This document shows positions 1 through 10,837 of a stretch of DNA of 26,523 nucleotides, one piece after another. The position numbers and the translations under genes are program-made. Numbering within the stretch: position 1 is the stretch's first letter; each line of letters begins with the position of its first letter. A model generated the notes under the pieces. It did not search any database. It saw only the letters and a list, made by a program, of their open reading frames with translations, and was not told the origin of the DNA. The stretch lies in NCBI GenBank assembly GCA_048128005.1, contig JBEUKZ010000011.1, positions 124,001 through 150,523 on the forward strand. Direction: 5' to 3'. Source of the DNA: Veleropilina oligotropha (taxonomy: Eukaryota).

Positions 1-1579
1 AACGGGCGCCCAGGTAGCAGGCTGGTAGATGGCGAGCATCTGGTATCATTACGAGATCACGTAATGATCTTGTTGGCCGCAACGGGCGCCCAGGTAGCAG
101 GCTGGTAGATGGCGAGCATCTGGTATCATTACGAGATCACGTAATGATCTTGTTGGCCGCAACGGGCGCCCAGGTAGCAGGCTGGTAGATGGCGAGCATC
201 TGGTATCATTACGAGATCACGTAATGATCTTGTTGGCCGCAACGGGCGCCCAGGTAGCAGGCTGGTAGATGGCGAGCATCTGGTATCATTACGAGATCAC
301 GTAATGATCTTGTTGGCCGCAACGGGCGCCCAGGTAGCAGGCTGGTAGATGGCGAGCATCTGGTATCATTACGAGATCACGTAATGATCTTGTTGGCCGC
401 AACGGGCGCCCAGGTAGCAGGCTGGTAGATGGCGAGCATCTGGTATCATTAAGAGATCACGTAATGATCTTGTTGGCCGCAACGGGCGCCCAGGTAGCAG
501 GCTGGTAGATGGCGAGCATCTGGTATCATTACGAGATCACGTAATGATCTTGTTGGCCGCAACGGGCGCCCAGGTAGCAGGCTGGTAGATGGCGAGCATC
601 TGGTATCATTACGAGATCACGTAATGATCTTGTTGGCCGCAACGGGCGACCAGGTAGCAGGCTGGTAGATGGCGAGCATCTGGTATCATTACGAGATCAC
701 GTAATGATCTTGTTGGCCGCAACGGGCGCCCAGGTAGCAGGCTGGTAGATGGCGGGCATCTGGTATCATTACGAGATCACGTAATGATCTTGTTGGCCGC
801 AACGGGCGCCCAGGTAGCAGGCTGGTAGATGGCGAGCATCTGGTATCATTACGAGATCACGTAATGATCTTGTTGGCCGCAACGGGCGCCCAGGTAGCAG
901 GCTGGTAGATGGCGGGCATCTGGTATCATTACGAGATCACGTAATGATCTTGTTGGCCGCAACGGGCGCCCAGGTAGCAGGCTGGTAGATGGCGGGCATC
1001 TGGTATCATTACGAGATCACGTAATGATCTTGTTGGCCGCAACGGGCGCCCAGGTAGCAGGCTGGTAGATGGCGAGCATCTGGTATCATTACGAGATCAC
1101 GTAATGATCTTGTTGGCCGCAACGGGCGCCCAGGTAGCAGGCTGGTAGATGGCGAGCATCTGGTATCATTACGAGATCACGTAATGATCTTGTTGGCCAC
1201 AACGGGCGCCCAGGTAGCAGGCTGGTAGATGGCGAGCATCTGGTATCATTACGAGATCACGTAATGATCTTGTTGGCCGCAACGGGCGCCCAGGTAGCAG
1301 GCTGGTAGATGGCGAGCATATGGTATCATTACGAGATCACGTAATGATCTTGTTGGCCGCAACGGGCGCCCAGGTAGCAGGCTGGTAGATGGCGAGCAGC
1401 TGGTATCATTACGAGATCACGTAATGATCTTGTTGGCCGCAACGGGCGCCCAGGTAGCAGGCTGGTAGATGGCGAGCATCTGGTATCATTACGAGATCAC
1501 GTAATGATCTTGTTGGCCGCAACGGGCGCCCAGGTAGCAGGGTGGTAGATGGCGAGCATCTGGTATCATTACGAGATCA
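1..1579. repeat. 80-bp tandem repeat, about 19.7 copies visible, cut by the window start
   Basis: Unit aacgggcgcccaggtagcaggctggtagatggcgagcatctggtatcattacgagatcacgtaatgatcttgttggccgc; about 9 substitutions counted by eye over the array. Confidence 0.98.
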
Positions 1580-1690
1580 AGACAACTAGCCGAGTAGTCG
1601 AAACGTCAACCAACTCTTCACTATCCTGTTCCAAAGTAAGTTAAAACTCTTTTCACAATGTCATCACTTGGAACAAATAACAATATCTTC
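1573..1690 (+). mobile_element. Penelope-like retroelement terminal (pLTR) fragment with degenerate hammerhead-like motif and ORF start MSSLGTNNNIF
   Basis: GAGATCA-A-gacaact/agtagtc-GAAACGTC at 1573-1607, then ccaaagtaagt and ATG at 1658. Homologous to 21772-21946. Confidence 0.6.
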
Positions 1691-1731
1691 TCAGAAGATA
1701 TGACAGTATTTCCGCTCCTCGTATCGCTTAC

Positions 1732-1897
1732 CTTTCACATCGATCATGCCTTCCTGTCGTGCGACGCCGCCGGCATTTGACGCCCTGCACACGTATATCC
1801 CGTCGTCAGACGCCTTCAAGGAAGCAAAAGTCAATGTGCCCTTGTTCTTATCCACAATATAGTTCACGCCGTCTCCTAGTGGTCTCATTTCTTCTTT
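1732..1897 (-). CDS. NCAM/Fas2-like exon F: second half of Ig3 (KEEMRPLGDGVNYIVDKNKGTLTFASLKASDDGIYVCRASNAGGVARQEGMIDVK)
   Basis: Acceptor ttatttcag|AAA (phase 0); donor AAAG|gtaagc (phase 1). DDGIYVC-x-A-x-N-x-x-G motif. The gene continues beyond the left window edge. Confidence 0.92.
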
Positions 1898-2404
1898 CTG
1901 AAATAAAAACAAGAGTAATGTAAACGATACATTATACAATCACTATACAAGTTTTCCAGACATCTTCACGTTTTCAAACAGAAGACCATGAACTATATTG
2001 GTCAAAATGAAAGGCTTCTTCATTTTACAAGCTCAATCCTAGAGCAACTGTTATCATTACAAGAAATACTTGCATGGGTAAAGTGTACCACACTATCACA
2101 ACATAGCTACGAAGGACTCCGATTGTATCCGCGACAACGATAGACTTTTCCAAGTGGCTCTCAAATGTATATTACTGTAAAAAGTTAAAACAAGAAAGAA
2201 GTAAATACAGCTTACAAACCCCCGTTCGACCACAAGACTTGAACTATTGTTTTATCGGCCCCAGTTGAATGTCCGACATAACAAGCACTCAGCTGGTGAG
2301 TGTCGCACTAAGGGAGACAGATAATAATGCAATCAGAAAGCTCAGGTTATGTAATTAATTCCATAAAGTTTGATTTTTCCTATAGCGGTAGCAACATTAC
2401 TTAC

Positions 2405-2517
2405 CCGCATCCACTCGTACGTGGGTTTGGGTTTGCCGTTGGCCACGCATGTGACGATAACACGTGTGCCCGCCTTCGTTCCAGTGAATGCGAACGGAAG
2501 AGTAATCTTAGGAGGAA
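2405..2517 (-). CDS. NCAM/Fas2-like exon E: first half of Ig3 (IPPKITLPFAFTGTKAGTRVIVTCVANGKPKPTYEWMR)
   Basis: Acceptor cattatag|TT (phase 1); donor CGG|gtaagt (phase 0). PP-x-I start and C-x-A-x-G-x-P-x-P-x3-W I-set motif. Confidence 0.92.
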
Positions 2518-2847
2518 CTATAATGAAAATTATGCGTAAGATTTGGAACACTCATATATAAAGGTCACACATTTCTTAGAGCAAGATGAATACCAGAGTG
2601 AAACACGGATTTTCAGCAAAATTGTCCTCCGCACTTATTGTGTATAACATCAAAGATTTGAACTATTTTATTTGAGTCATCACACAATCGGATCATGTTA
2701 CACAATTGGAGCGTTCAATCATTAATTAATAACACAAGAAGACGAAGCCATCAATTCCTAACTAACAATTACTAGAATCAAAACTTTTACAGTTAATTTT
2801 AACTGTCAGAAATTTTGCAAAAATAGCTGATTTATAATGTATCTTAC

Positions 2848-2979
2848 TGGTGACGGTGACCGTGATAGGGTAGGGGAAGAATGAGTTGGGCACTTCTCCA
2901 ATGCACACGTAGACACCGTTATCAGCCTCAGTGATGTTTCGGATCATTAAACCATTGGTCTGTTGTAAGTAACGACCAC
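2848..2979 (-). CDS. NCAM/Fas2-like exon D: second half of Ig2 (GGRYLQQTNGLMIRNITEADNGVYVCIGEVPNSFFPYPITVTVT)
   Basis: Acceptor ttctcttctag|GT (phase 1, compatible with exon C across a 16.2 kb intron); donor ACCA|gtaag (phase 1). L-x-I-x-N...DNGVYVC motif. Confidence 0.9.
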
Positions 2980-3104
2980 CTAGAAGAGAATACGACAAGA
3001 GCTTATAATTTAACATATTCTATCAACAGTACAATGGAGATTCTACAGCATGAACAGTCAGCCCAGTCTGGCAATACAATGATGATCATAGAGCATCCCT
3101 GAAA

Positions 3105-5442
3105 GGCAAGGCCTATCATACATCATGAGCAGGTCAGCAAGGCCTATCATACAGCATGAGCAGGCCAGCAAGGCCTATCATACAGCTTGAGCAGCACAGC
3201 CAGGCCTACCATGCAGCTTGAGCAACACAGCCAGGCCTAGTATACAGCATGAGCGGCCGAGCCAGGCCTACCATACAGCATGAGCTGCCCAGCAAGGCTT
3301 GTCATACAGCATGAGCTGTCCAGCACGGCCTGCCATACAGTGAGCAGCCCAGCAAGGCCTACAATACAGCATGAGCAGCCCAGCCTGGCCTATCATACAG
3401 CTTGAGCAACACAGCCAGGCCTATTATACAGCATGGGTGGCCCAGCAAGGCCTGCCATACAGCATGAGCTGCCCAGCAAGGCCTACCATACAGAGTGAGC
3501 AGCCCAGCCTGGCCTATCGTACAGTGTGAGCAGCACAGCTTGGCCTATAATACAGCATGAGCAGCACAGCCTGGCCTATAATACAGCATGAGCAGCACAG
3601 CCTGGCCTATAATACAGCATGAGCAGCACAGCCTGGCCTATCATACAGCTTGAGTGGCCCAGCCAGGCCTACCATAGTGTGAGCAGCACAGCCCAGCCTA
3701 TCATCCAGTGTGAACAGCACATCCCGGCCTATCATACAGCATGAGCAGCCCAGCAAGGCCTATCATAGTGTGAGCAGCACAGCAAGGCCTACCACACAGC
3801 ATGAGCAGGCCAGCCAGGCCTACCATACAGCGTGAGTGGCCCTGCCAGGCCGACCATACAGCATGAGCAGCCCAGCAAGGCGTATCATACAGCGTGAGCA
3901 GCACAACAAGGCCTATCATACAGAATGAGCAGGCCAGCCAGGCCTACCATACAGCACGAGCAGCCCAGCCAGACCTACCATACAGCATGATCAGCCCAGC
4001 AAGGTCTATCATAGTGTGAGCAGCCCAGCAAGGCCTATCATACAGCATGAGTGGCCCAGCCAGGCCTATCACAGTGTGAGTGGCCCAGCAAGGCCTACAA
4101 TACAACGCGAGCAGCCCAGCCCGGCCTATCATACAACATGAGCAGCACAGCCTGGCCTATCATACAGCTTGAGCAGCCCAGCCTATCATACAGCATGAGC
4201 AGCCCAGCAAGGCCTATCATACAGCAAGACATATCATCCAGCATGAGCAGCACAGCCTGGCCTATTGTACAGCATGAGCAGCCCAGCAAGACCTATCATA
4301 CAGCGTGAGCAGGCCTATCATACAGCTTGAGCGGCCCAGCCAGGCCTATCATATAGCGTGAGCAGGCCAGCCAGGCCTATCATAGTGTGTGTCCCAGCCA
4401 GGCCTATCATACAACATGAGCATGCCGCTGGCCTATCATACAGCGTGATCAGCACAGCAAGGCCTAGCATACAGCGTGAGCAGGCCAACAAGGCCTATCA
4501 TCCAGCGTGAGCAGGTCAGCAAGGCCTATCATACAGCTTGAGCAGCACCGCAAGACCTATCATCCAGCGTGAGCAGGCCAGCAAGGCCTATCATCCAGCG
4601 TGAGCAGGTCAGCAAGGCCTATCATACAGCTTGAGCAGCACATCAAGACCTATCATACAGCTCGAGCAGCACAGCAAGGCCTATCATACAGCTTGAGCAG
4701 CACAGCAAGGCCCATCATCCAGCGTGAGCAGCACAGCAAGGCCTATCATACAGCTTGAGCAGCACAGCGAGACCTATCATCCAGTGTGAGCTGGCCAGCA
4801 AGGCCTATCATCTAGCTTGAGCAGCACAGCAAGGCCTATCATATGCACAGCATGAGCAGCACAGCCCGGCCTATCATCCAGTAAGGCCTGTCATACAGTT
4901 TGAGCGGCACAGCAAGGCCTATCATACAGCGTGTGCAGCACAGTCCGGCCTACCATACAGGCTTGAGTGGCCCAGTCCGGCCTGCCATACAGGCTTGAGT
5001 GGCCCAGCCAGGCCTACCATACAGCGTGAGCGGCCCAGCCAGGCCTAGCACACGGCATGAGCAACACATCAAGGCCTACCACACAGCTTGAGCGGCCCAG
5101 CCAGGCCTATCAGTGTGAGCAGCACAGCCCGGCCGATCATACAGCTTGAGTGGCCCAGCCAGGCCTACCATACAGCTTGAGCGGCCCAGCCAGGCCTAGC
5201 ACACGGCATGAGCAACACATCAAGGCCTACCACACAGCTTGAGCGGCCCAGCCAGGCCTATCAGTGTGAGCAGCACAGCCCGGCCGATCATACAGCTTGA
5301 GTGGCCCAGCCAGGCCTACCATACAGCGTGAGCGGCCCAGCCAGGCCTAGCACACGGCATGAGCAACACATCAAGGCCTACCATACAGCGTGAGCGGCCC
5401 AGCCAGGCCTATCAGTGTGAGAAGCATAGCCCGGCCTTTCAT
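3105..5442. repeat. 31-bp minisatellite, about 75 diverged copies
   Basis: Consensus cagcatgagcagcccagcaaggcctatcata; a 151-bp higher-order period is visible at about 5008-5440. Confidence 0.95.
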
Positions 5443-5755
5443 AATGATAATGCGAGCAGCCAGTCATCGGCTGTACAGTTGTCAATAAGGCATCACACAG
5501 CCGACAATGCTCTGCCTTGTCAAGTGGCTCAGGTTTTTTCAATAGTACACGACAGCCTCGATAAAACGTGTCCAAAATATTGTCTTTTTCTATAAACGAA
5601 ACTGAAATTGCATCAAGGTAATTAGATTATCTAGTGTGGATTTTCTTAAGTAGTTTTGGTGTCGACAATAGAAATGGTATCTACAGATGAAAATGTGTAT
5701 TACTTGTTGAAGATTCAATAAAATTATTATAAATCTCACAATCCAATTAATTTAA

Positions 5756-8701
5756 CCCTTTAGCATTTACATTAATTTACCAATCGGATTATATAGCCTA
5801 TGTATTCACATTAATACCCAAAATATTGACTAAAATGGTCATACTTATTCTCTGCACCACAATTTGAAAACTGTCTATCATAGATTAATTAAACTTTGTC
5901 ACATTCATCATATGTCATTGCTACATCAAAATGTACCTCATATTTCAAAAGATGTCGTGCCCAAAGCCAGGTAATAACAGGTGAGTAGCAGAATTTACAG
6001 GTATTTCAGGAAGAAATTTACAATAAAAGTATTATATTAGTTCTCGTGTTGTTGTATTTTATCAAATATCCATGAAATCCTAATGGCACACATATTAGTT
6101 ATGAAATGATCAAAAATAACTGGGTATCATAGTAATTTATTGCAGGTAATACAGGTAGTCATATGATATTCACACAGTGCCTGAATGTGAATTCAATGCA
6201 AATAAACAACTGTACAACTGCAACATTTTAATTTTGCTTGGGGAAATGTAATGGAATGTGTTTAAAAGTTGTTGCTGCATCAAAATGTACCTCAAATTCC
6301 TCAAGATATATTGTCCGAAGTCAGGTAATACCACGTAAGTAACAGAATTTACAGGTATTTCAGGAAGAAATTAAAATAAAAGTATTATAAATATAAGTTC
6401 TTGTGTTATTGTATTATATCAAATATCCATGAAATTCTAATGGCACACATCATATTAGTTAAGAAATTATAAAAAAAGACTGGCCAGTGGGTATCCTAGT
6501 TTTTAATTGCAGGTTTTTGTAATACAGGTAAGGCATATGATATTCTCAGTGCCTTTATGTGAATTCAAAGCAAACTAGAAAAGTATGTTCCTCGGAACAT
6601 GGATGATGCCCCGGTATGGATACAAATCTTCACACACAAATCATCATATGCACATGCAATCTCACGCACTTAATACTTCGACACAAATGAGCTAGTATAT
6701 TTTGTCACTTGAAATTTGGTGTCATAGACATACATGATCTTAATATGTGAAACGTATCACAGTTTGAACATAAATAATCATTCTGTACTGAAATAAATAT
6801 AAAGAAGATTAGTTGCAAATTTTTTAGTTTTATCTATGTCGTACTATTACTATCCATCAATTAAATGTAAGAAAACCTTCAACTAAAATCTCTTTTTTCC
6901 TAAAAAATTCTATGTTCAAATACGTCATTTTACAATATAAATTAAAATATATTTTTTGAAATTTGTTTCTTGAATGAAGGACTATGATGTGTATTATCCA
7001 TATGAAAAGGTTTGGTACTGATAACCCTCCAATAAATGTAAGAAAAACTTTAATCAAAAACTTTAACCGAATCCCTTTTTTCATGAAAAAGTCTATGTTC
7101 AAATGCATCATTTTACAATATAAATTAAAATTATTTTTATTAAATTTGGATCTTAAATGAATGATTATGATATGTATTATCCATATGATATGAAACGGTT
7201 TGGTATTGATATCCATCCATTAAATGTAAGAAAACCTTCAACTAAAAACTTTAACCGAATCTCATTTTTCCTAAAAAAATTCTATGTTCAAATACGTCAT
7301 TTTACAAAATAAAATAAAATATTTTTTTTTAAATATGGGTCTTACATGAAGGATAATGATGTGTATTATGCATATGAAAAGGTTTGGTATTGATATCTTT
7401 CAAATAAATGTAAGAAAAACTTTAACCAAAAACTTGAACCGAATCCCTTTTTTCATGAAAAAGTCTATGTCCAAATGCGTCATTTTACACTATAAATTAA
7501 AATTATTTTTATTAAATTGGGGTCTTAAATGAAGGATTATGATATGTATTATCCATATGAAAATGTTTGGTATTGATATTCCTCCAATAAATATAAGAAA
7601 AACTTTAACCAAAAACTTTAACCAAATCTGCGGACGTACGGACGTACGTACGTACGTACGGACGTACGTACGTACGTACGGACGTACGTACGGACGTACA
7701 GACGCAGTGAAAGCAATATGCCCTTCGGGACTACCGTCCCGGGGCATAATAAACAGCTGAACAACAGCAATATTTATAATTTGGCATGAAGAAATATAAT
7801 GATTGAGTGACTGTGTTTATTGGCCATTTGGCATGCCAATGAAATCTAAAAATTATACTTATGCCTATACATTTTTAATTACAGGTAAAATATATTACAG
7901 GTAATAAATATCTTATCAATAACAGCATAATCGTTACATAACGCTTATTAAATTAGTTTGATAGAGAATCATGGAACTACAAGAGAGTTAATTTGAATTC
8001 CTATCGACATGAAGTTTTTGAATAGGCCTACCTATCATATTACGGTACTTATTTTGACGGTTGGTGGCCGCCATCTTGTATTTGGGCTATTGTCGATCTT
8101 TCGTTTGCCTACCTATTTGTTTTCCAAACATTGACGTATGCATTGGTCCAGGCCGTACTGTAAAGTGCAGTATTAAAAATTCAAGTAAAACTTCCGCGAT
8201 ACCACTCGGAGGTCAAACCCTGGTCAAAATGTCATCCTCGTGGTTATTTTCGTTTGAAGCCGCTTCGCTATTCCGCAATTCGGTTTACCTTCATCGCTGT
8301 CTAAGTTCAAGACATCGATGTCAAATTATCTGTCAAGTTCATCCTAATATCTCCGTCGCATTTTCCATTGCTTCGATAACATTTTCTACTAAAATACCAT
8401 CCAAATCCGATTCGGAGTCGTTAATATCCATTCCGATAAACGTACAGCATTCACGCTCAGGTAAAAATGACTTTCAATCGAAAAAATACGCTTGCAACGA
8501 TTTTTTCAGCTCGGTTTTCGCGATTTGCAAATGGCGACATACTGGCTCTCGTTAAACTCTCGCAAACGCGACATCTGGGGTTCAATAAAGGTTTTATGTA
8601 TCCCGAGAACAAAATTTGAAATAGCGGGCGGGTTTGGCCGGTGTAAACATAACGACGTCATATTTTAGCAGCCGGTTTCGGACGGATTAAATGCTAAAGA
8701 G
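5756..8701. mobile_element. Non-autonomous piggyBac-like DNA transposon
   Basis: TTAA|CCCTTTAGCATTTA ... TAAATGCTAAAGAG|TTAA: 14-bp TIR with one mismatch and TTAA on both sides. Internal direct repeat of about 355 bp starting at 5918 and 6273. Confidence 0.8.
6573..7749 (+). mobile_element. Non-autonomous Helentron/Helitron-like element (HINE/DINE-type) nested in the piggyBac
   Basis: 5' aactagaa; subterminal IR atgccccgg/ccggggcat; internal 171-188 bp tandem units; (cgta/cgga)n microsatellite 7631-7703; 3' hairpin cgggac-tacc-gtcccg; inserted in an A run with no clear TSD. Confidence 0.75.
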
Positions 8702-9027
8702 TTAAGTGAATCCCCAAGTCATTCCTTCACGGTGTTCAACAGTGTATGCATTGTCAATTGAATTGTTTGTTTTATTTCATTCGCAAATTCGACACTACAG
8801 TCAGGTCCAACCCTTTGAATGAAATAGGAGCTACAAATAAGCTTAAATACCTTTTGTGTTCTTTATTCAACTCTTGACGGTAACAATAGCCGCGAATGTA
8901 ATCAGAATTATCACAAATCAAAGTTATGCATCCGACATTTTGAAAATTCCTCGCGATGCCCGCAAAATTAATAAAAGTAGTGCCGTGTTGTTTTTATATA
9001 TTCTTAACTAAATTACAGATTTTATAT

Positions 9028-9953
9028 ACAAGAGCTATCAGAAGATGACGTATCACCCCGGTGCAACGTTAACGAATTTCCCGCACGGGATGCCACATGC
9101 AGATAATCGGACAGGAATAAACCGCATATATGGAAACATAGCCCAATACACCCAGCAAGTTTTATAAAGTTATGTCGAGCAGTGTATGAGATACGCTCCA
9201 GAAAATATAACATTAACAAATTTATAGCAAGGACAATAACTCTGTTAATAATCGTTGCACAACGTCGAAACTGGCAAAAGGCACCAGTTGTCCTACTACG
9301 TAAAACACCTAGTAACTTTCGTAAAGTTATGTCGAACAGTGTACGAGATATGCTCCAGAAACGATATCAATTACATACAGACAGACGGACAGACAGACAG
9401 ACGGGACCGACAGACTGGGTGATCTAGCCTAATACACCCAGCAAGTTTCATAAAGTATTGTCGAGCGGTGTACGAGATATGCTCAGGAAAAAATAACATT
9501 AACAAATTTACAGCAAGGGCAATAACTCTGTTAATAATCTCCGCACAACGTCGAAACTGGCAAAAAGCATTATTACACCTACTACGTAATACACGCAGCA
9601 TGTTTCGTAAAGTTATGTTGAGCAGTGTACGCAAAAAGCATTATTACACCTACTACGTAATACACGCAGTATGTTTCGTAAAGTTATGTTGAGCAGTGTA
9701 CGAGATACGCACCGGAAAAGATATTCACAAATTTACAGCAAGGGCAATAACTCAGTTACTAATCGTCGCACAACGTCGAGACTGGCAAAACGCACCAGTT
9801 CACCTACTACGTAATACACCCAGCAAGTGTCGTCAAGTTATGTCGAATAATGTACGAGATATGCTCCAGAAACGATATCGATTACATACAGACAGACGGA
9901 CAGACAAACTGGGCAATCGCAAGATCCCCCCGGTTAGCATCGGGGGGGATAAC
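9028..9953 (+). mobile_element. Second HINE-type non-autonomous Helentron-like element
   Basis: 5' acaagagc; subterminal IR tatcaccccg/cgggggggata; internal repeats of about 160 bp; two (acag/acgg)n blocks near 9375-9415 and 9884-9907; 3' hairpin atccccccg...cgggggggat. Confidence 0.75.
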
Positions 9954-10328
9954 AACACATCAATATTTTACATTTATTTATGCTTTCAGAAGTACATAAC
10001 AATATTTCAGAGACAGAAAATGACAATATCACAAATTTAATATTTTGAGTAATGTTGCCTCAGGAACCCAGTGTGTGGCTGGCAGTACGCTCAGTGACTC
10101 AGTGTTCAAAGGGTTAAAACGCCTCTTAAATTTAATTCATTATTTTAGCTGTAACAAGCTAGACAGGTGCGGGGTCATAGGTCACATGCATGTAGTGCTT
10201 GTAGCCAAACTTTCACTATGCCCAATTCTAACTTTGGCACAAATAGTCAAACAGCAGAACTTTTTAAACCATTTGTGTGGAACAATATGCGAGTTCTAAA
10301 ACATCACTTGTATTGGGAGGGAGGGAGG

Positions 10329-10582
10329 AATGATGTTTAATGTCCTGTATATTTACAACATCGAGGTTCAAGGCAGGACATGTACGTGTTATCGCGGGAG
10401 GAAACCCCGGTCGCCCGGGTAAACCCGCCCTCTTTGTCCAGTCGCGGACAACTGCGATTCATAACTTGAACAAATGTCAATGCCTCAGCCAGGTATTTAA
10501 CCCACCACTGTTCGCTTTAGCGGAATCAAGCCAGTGAATTTAGAGTGGACACTCTTACCCACTGCACTGCCGAAGCGGCCCC
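10329..10582 (-). mobile_element. tRNA-derived SINE, copy 1 (most complete)
   Basis: Minus strand: ggggccg head, A-box-like gtgcagtggg, B-box-like gggttaaatacc, body gggtttacccgggcgaccggggtttcctccc, 3' aaatatacaggacattaaacatcat, then a (tccc)n tail. Aligns by eye to 20657-20843 and 23761-24003. Confidence 0.7.
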
Positions 10583-10837
10583 TTGTATTGGGAAGAGAAA
10601 ACTAGGCTTCTTGTCGAAGTTAATACCGTGGAAAGTTGGGCACGGTCGAATGGGCAGTGCCCAAGTAACTTTGGAATTGCCCAAGTTAAAAGTTCGGCTG
10701 CAATAGCGCCATCTATTTGGTCTAGATTATAATCGAAAGTTACTTTCAAGTGGCTTTGTCGCACTGAATACAGGACAGGAGAAAGAAATAAATGACAGTC
10801 AATGCCATCATGAATGTATTGTAATCACAAAGCGTTA

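Noticed and set aside
1..1579. CRISPR array or tRNA gene array
   Set aside because: Units are contiguous and identical with no unique spacers. gcccaggtagcaggctggtaga only loosely resembles a tRNA 5' half and there is no B box.
3701..5595. Short ORFs in the 31-bp array
   Set aside because: The unit length is not a multiple of 3; these are translations of a minisatellite.
8061..8555. 164-aa plus-strand ORF
   Set aside because: Non-ATG start, no recognisable domain, and it lies inside the piggyBac element, antisense to a possible transposase relic.
6857..10040. ORFs at 6857-7760 and 9022-10040
   Set aside because: They lie within HINE internal repeats and microsatellites and show no protein motifs.
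8809..10117. Second piggyBac bounded by aaccctttgaa / ttcaaagggttaa
   Set aside because: Only 11 bp match and the left side has ccaa rather than TTAA. The right end may be a solo terminus, but the pair is not supportable.
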